From IMG/VR virus record IMGVR_UViG_2690315994_000023: a stretch of 16,663 bases of DNA; one strand, 5' to 3'. The notes beneath the pieces are model-generated. The model made no database searches. It had not been told where the DNA came from and saw only the letters and a program-made list of their open reading frames with translations. Position numbers and translations under genes: made by a program. Positions 15,751 to 16,663 of this stretch are shown piece by piece; position 1 is the stretch's first letter; the number at the start of each line of letters is the position of its first letter. Source of the DNA: a virus. Lineage: Duplodnaviria; Heunggongvirae; Uroviricota; Caudoviricetes.

Positions 15751-15915
15751 ATGAAACGACAAGAAACACGCCAGCACGTAACGGTACGCCTCGCCCCTGA
15801 CCTGGTGCGCCAGGTCGAAAGAGAGCAAGCCAAACTGGAACGCAGAACAGGCATCCGCCCTTCACGCAGCCAGGTGATTGAAAAGTTTCTGAGTAGCGGG
15901 CTGAACGGCAAATAA
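15751..15915 (+). CDS. Ribbon-helix-helix (CopG/Arc-like) DNA-binding protein, 54 aa
   Basis: Below the track cutoff. A predicted beta-strand VTVRLAP is followed by two helices (DLVRQVEREQAKLERRTG, SRSQVIEKFL), the classical ribbon-helix-helix layout. It starts 3 nt after the upstream stop. Confidence 0.55.
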   Translation: MKRQETRQHVTVRLAPDLVRQVEREQAKLERRTGIRPSRSQVIEKFLSSGLNGK

Positions 15916-16129
15916 TGGCCAAGAATACAGGTTTCACCGGTTCCCTGTGCCCCAAATAACCGGCCAAATTTAACCTTCATCGTTCCTCAGACGATGGATG
16001 CTGGAACCAGGTTGGTGGTCATCCTGGACGGTCAAAACCACCACTAATTCCACACCGGTTGCGCCGCACCTGTCACCTAAAAGCGCGCACTCACTTAATC
16101 ATCAACAACTATTGTTAGCGGCCAATACT

Positions 16130-16447
16130 ATGAAAAAACATGACCTGTACGAATCAATGAAAGAAGAAGCGCGTTTGATCCTTAGCGAAACAAAGCGTTT
16201 CCAAACCATTTCAGAGAAAAACCCTATCAGCTACGAAGCAGCCGACCTGCTGGCAAGCCTTCGCAACCGTTTAAACGCATTCGAACACATGACCGATGAA
16301 GCGGGCCGCATCATGCGTGACGAAGCGGAAAGCCACGCATCCGCCCTGGGACGCACGAAGTGGCAACCATCCAGCCGCATCAGTTCCGGTGAACGGGCCA
16401 AACGCCAGGCGGTGAAGCGCGGCGCTATCCTGGTACGGAGTGCATAA
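16130..16447 (+). CDS. Hypothetical charged, probably helical protein (105 aa)
   Basis: ATG 16130 is preferred. The track extension from 15998 is Ser/Thr/Pro/Trp-rich and low-complexity, so unlikely to be coding. Confidence 0.4.
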   Translation: MKKHDLYESMKEEARLILSETKRFQTISEKNPISYEAADLLASLRNRLNAFEHMTDEAGRIMRDEAESHASALGRTKWQPSSRISSGERAKRQAVKRGAILVRSA

Positions 16448-16456
16448 GGGGGCACC

Positions 16457-16663
16457 ATGCTGGACCGTATTCACACAAAACCGGAAGGAACAAACCCCTG
16501 GCCTGAACTGGTGGATATGGTCCTGCCAAAAGTTCTGGCGTGCAACACAGCGGAGGAAATGCAGAAACAGCGAGACTACCGCACCGAATGCGCCCTGCAA
16601 CTGGCCGCTGCCGCCTTGCGGGCAATCGGTGAACACACCCTTGCAGAAAATTTACTTAATTAA
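16457..16663 (+). CDS. Hypothetical protein (68 aa)
   Basis: ATG 16457 follows the AAGGGGG Shine-Dalgarno, with TAA at the window end. Confidence 0.4.
   Translation: MLDRIHTKPEGTNPWPELVDMVLPKVLACNTAEEMQKQRDYRTECALQLAAAALRAIGEHTLAENLLN

Larger units (their letters stand above)
9874..16663 (+). mobile_element. Island 2: integrase-AlpA-replicase satellite/PICI-like element; right end outside the window
   Basis: int, alpA, replicase and an iteron origin are co-directional, followed by accessory ORFs. Confidence 0.5.

Noticed and set aside
15998-16129. Upstream extension of ORF 15998..16447
   Set aside because: The first 44 residues are low-complexity (W/S/T/P-rich). The downstream ATG at 16130 gives a more protein-like product. 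Confidence in either start is low.

Overview
The window holds two co-directional, phage-satellite-like islands in tandem, with every supported gene on the + strand. Island 1 (about 1..9535, its left end lies upstream of the window) carries a replication module followed by a complete head and DNA-packaging module but no tail, lysis or baseplate genes. Its replication module is a replicase interrupted by an in-frame TAG, an AAGTGGG iteron array, a small ORF, SSB and a PerC-like regulator. Its head/packaging module is HK97-type major capsid protein, prohead protease, portal, head-closure and head-tail connector proteins, HNH endonuclease, a small ORF, P27-family small terminase and large terminase. 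This matches the capsid-forming PICI-type satellite layout. After two terminators and an AT-rich spacer, island 2 (about 9874..16663, continuing past the window) begins with a P4-type tyrosine integrase, AlpA-like regulator, a small ORF, a second replicase, a GGTGTCAT iteron array with a 14-bp palindrome, and five ORFs of unknown function including a ribbon-helix-helix protein. The two replicases share an N-terminal domain but carry different ATPase modules and sit next to different iteron families. All protein family calls rest on motif recognition by eye; no database search was run. No rRNA, tRNA or CRISPR array was found.
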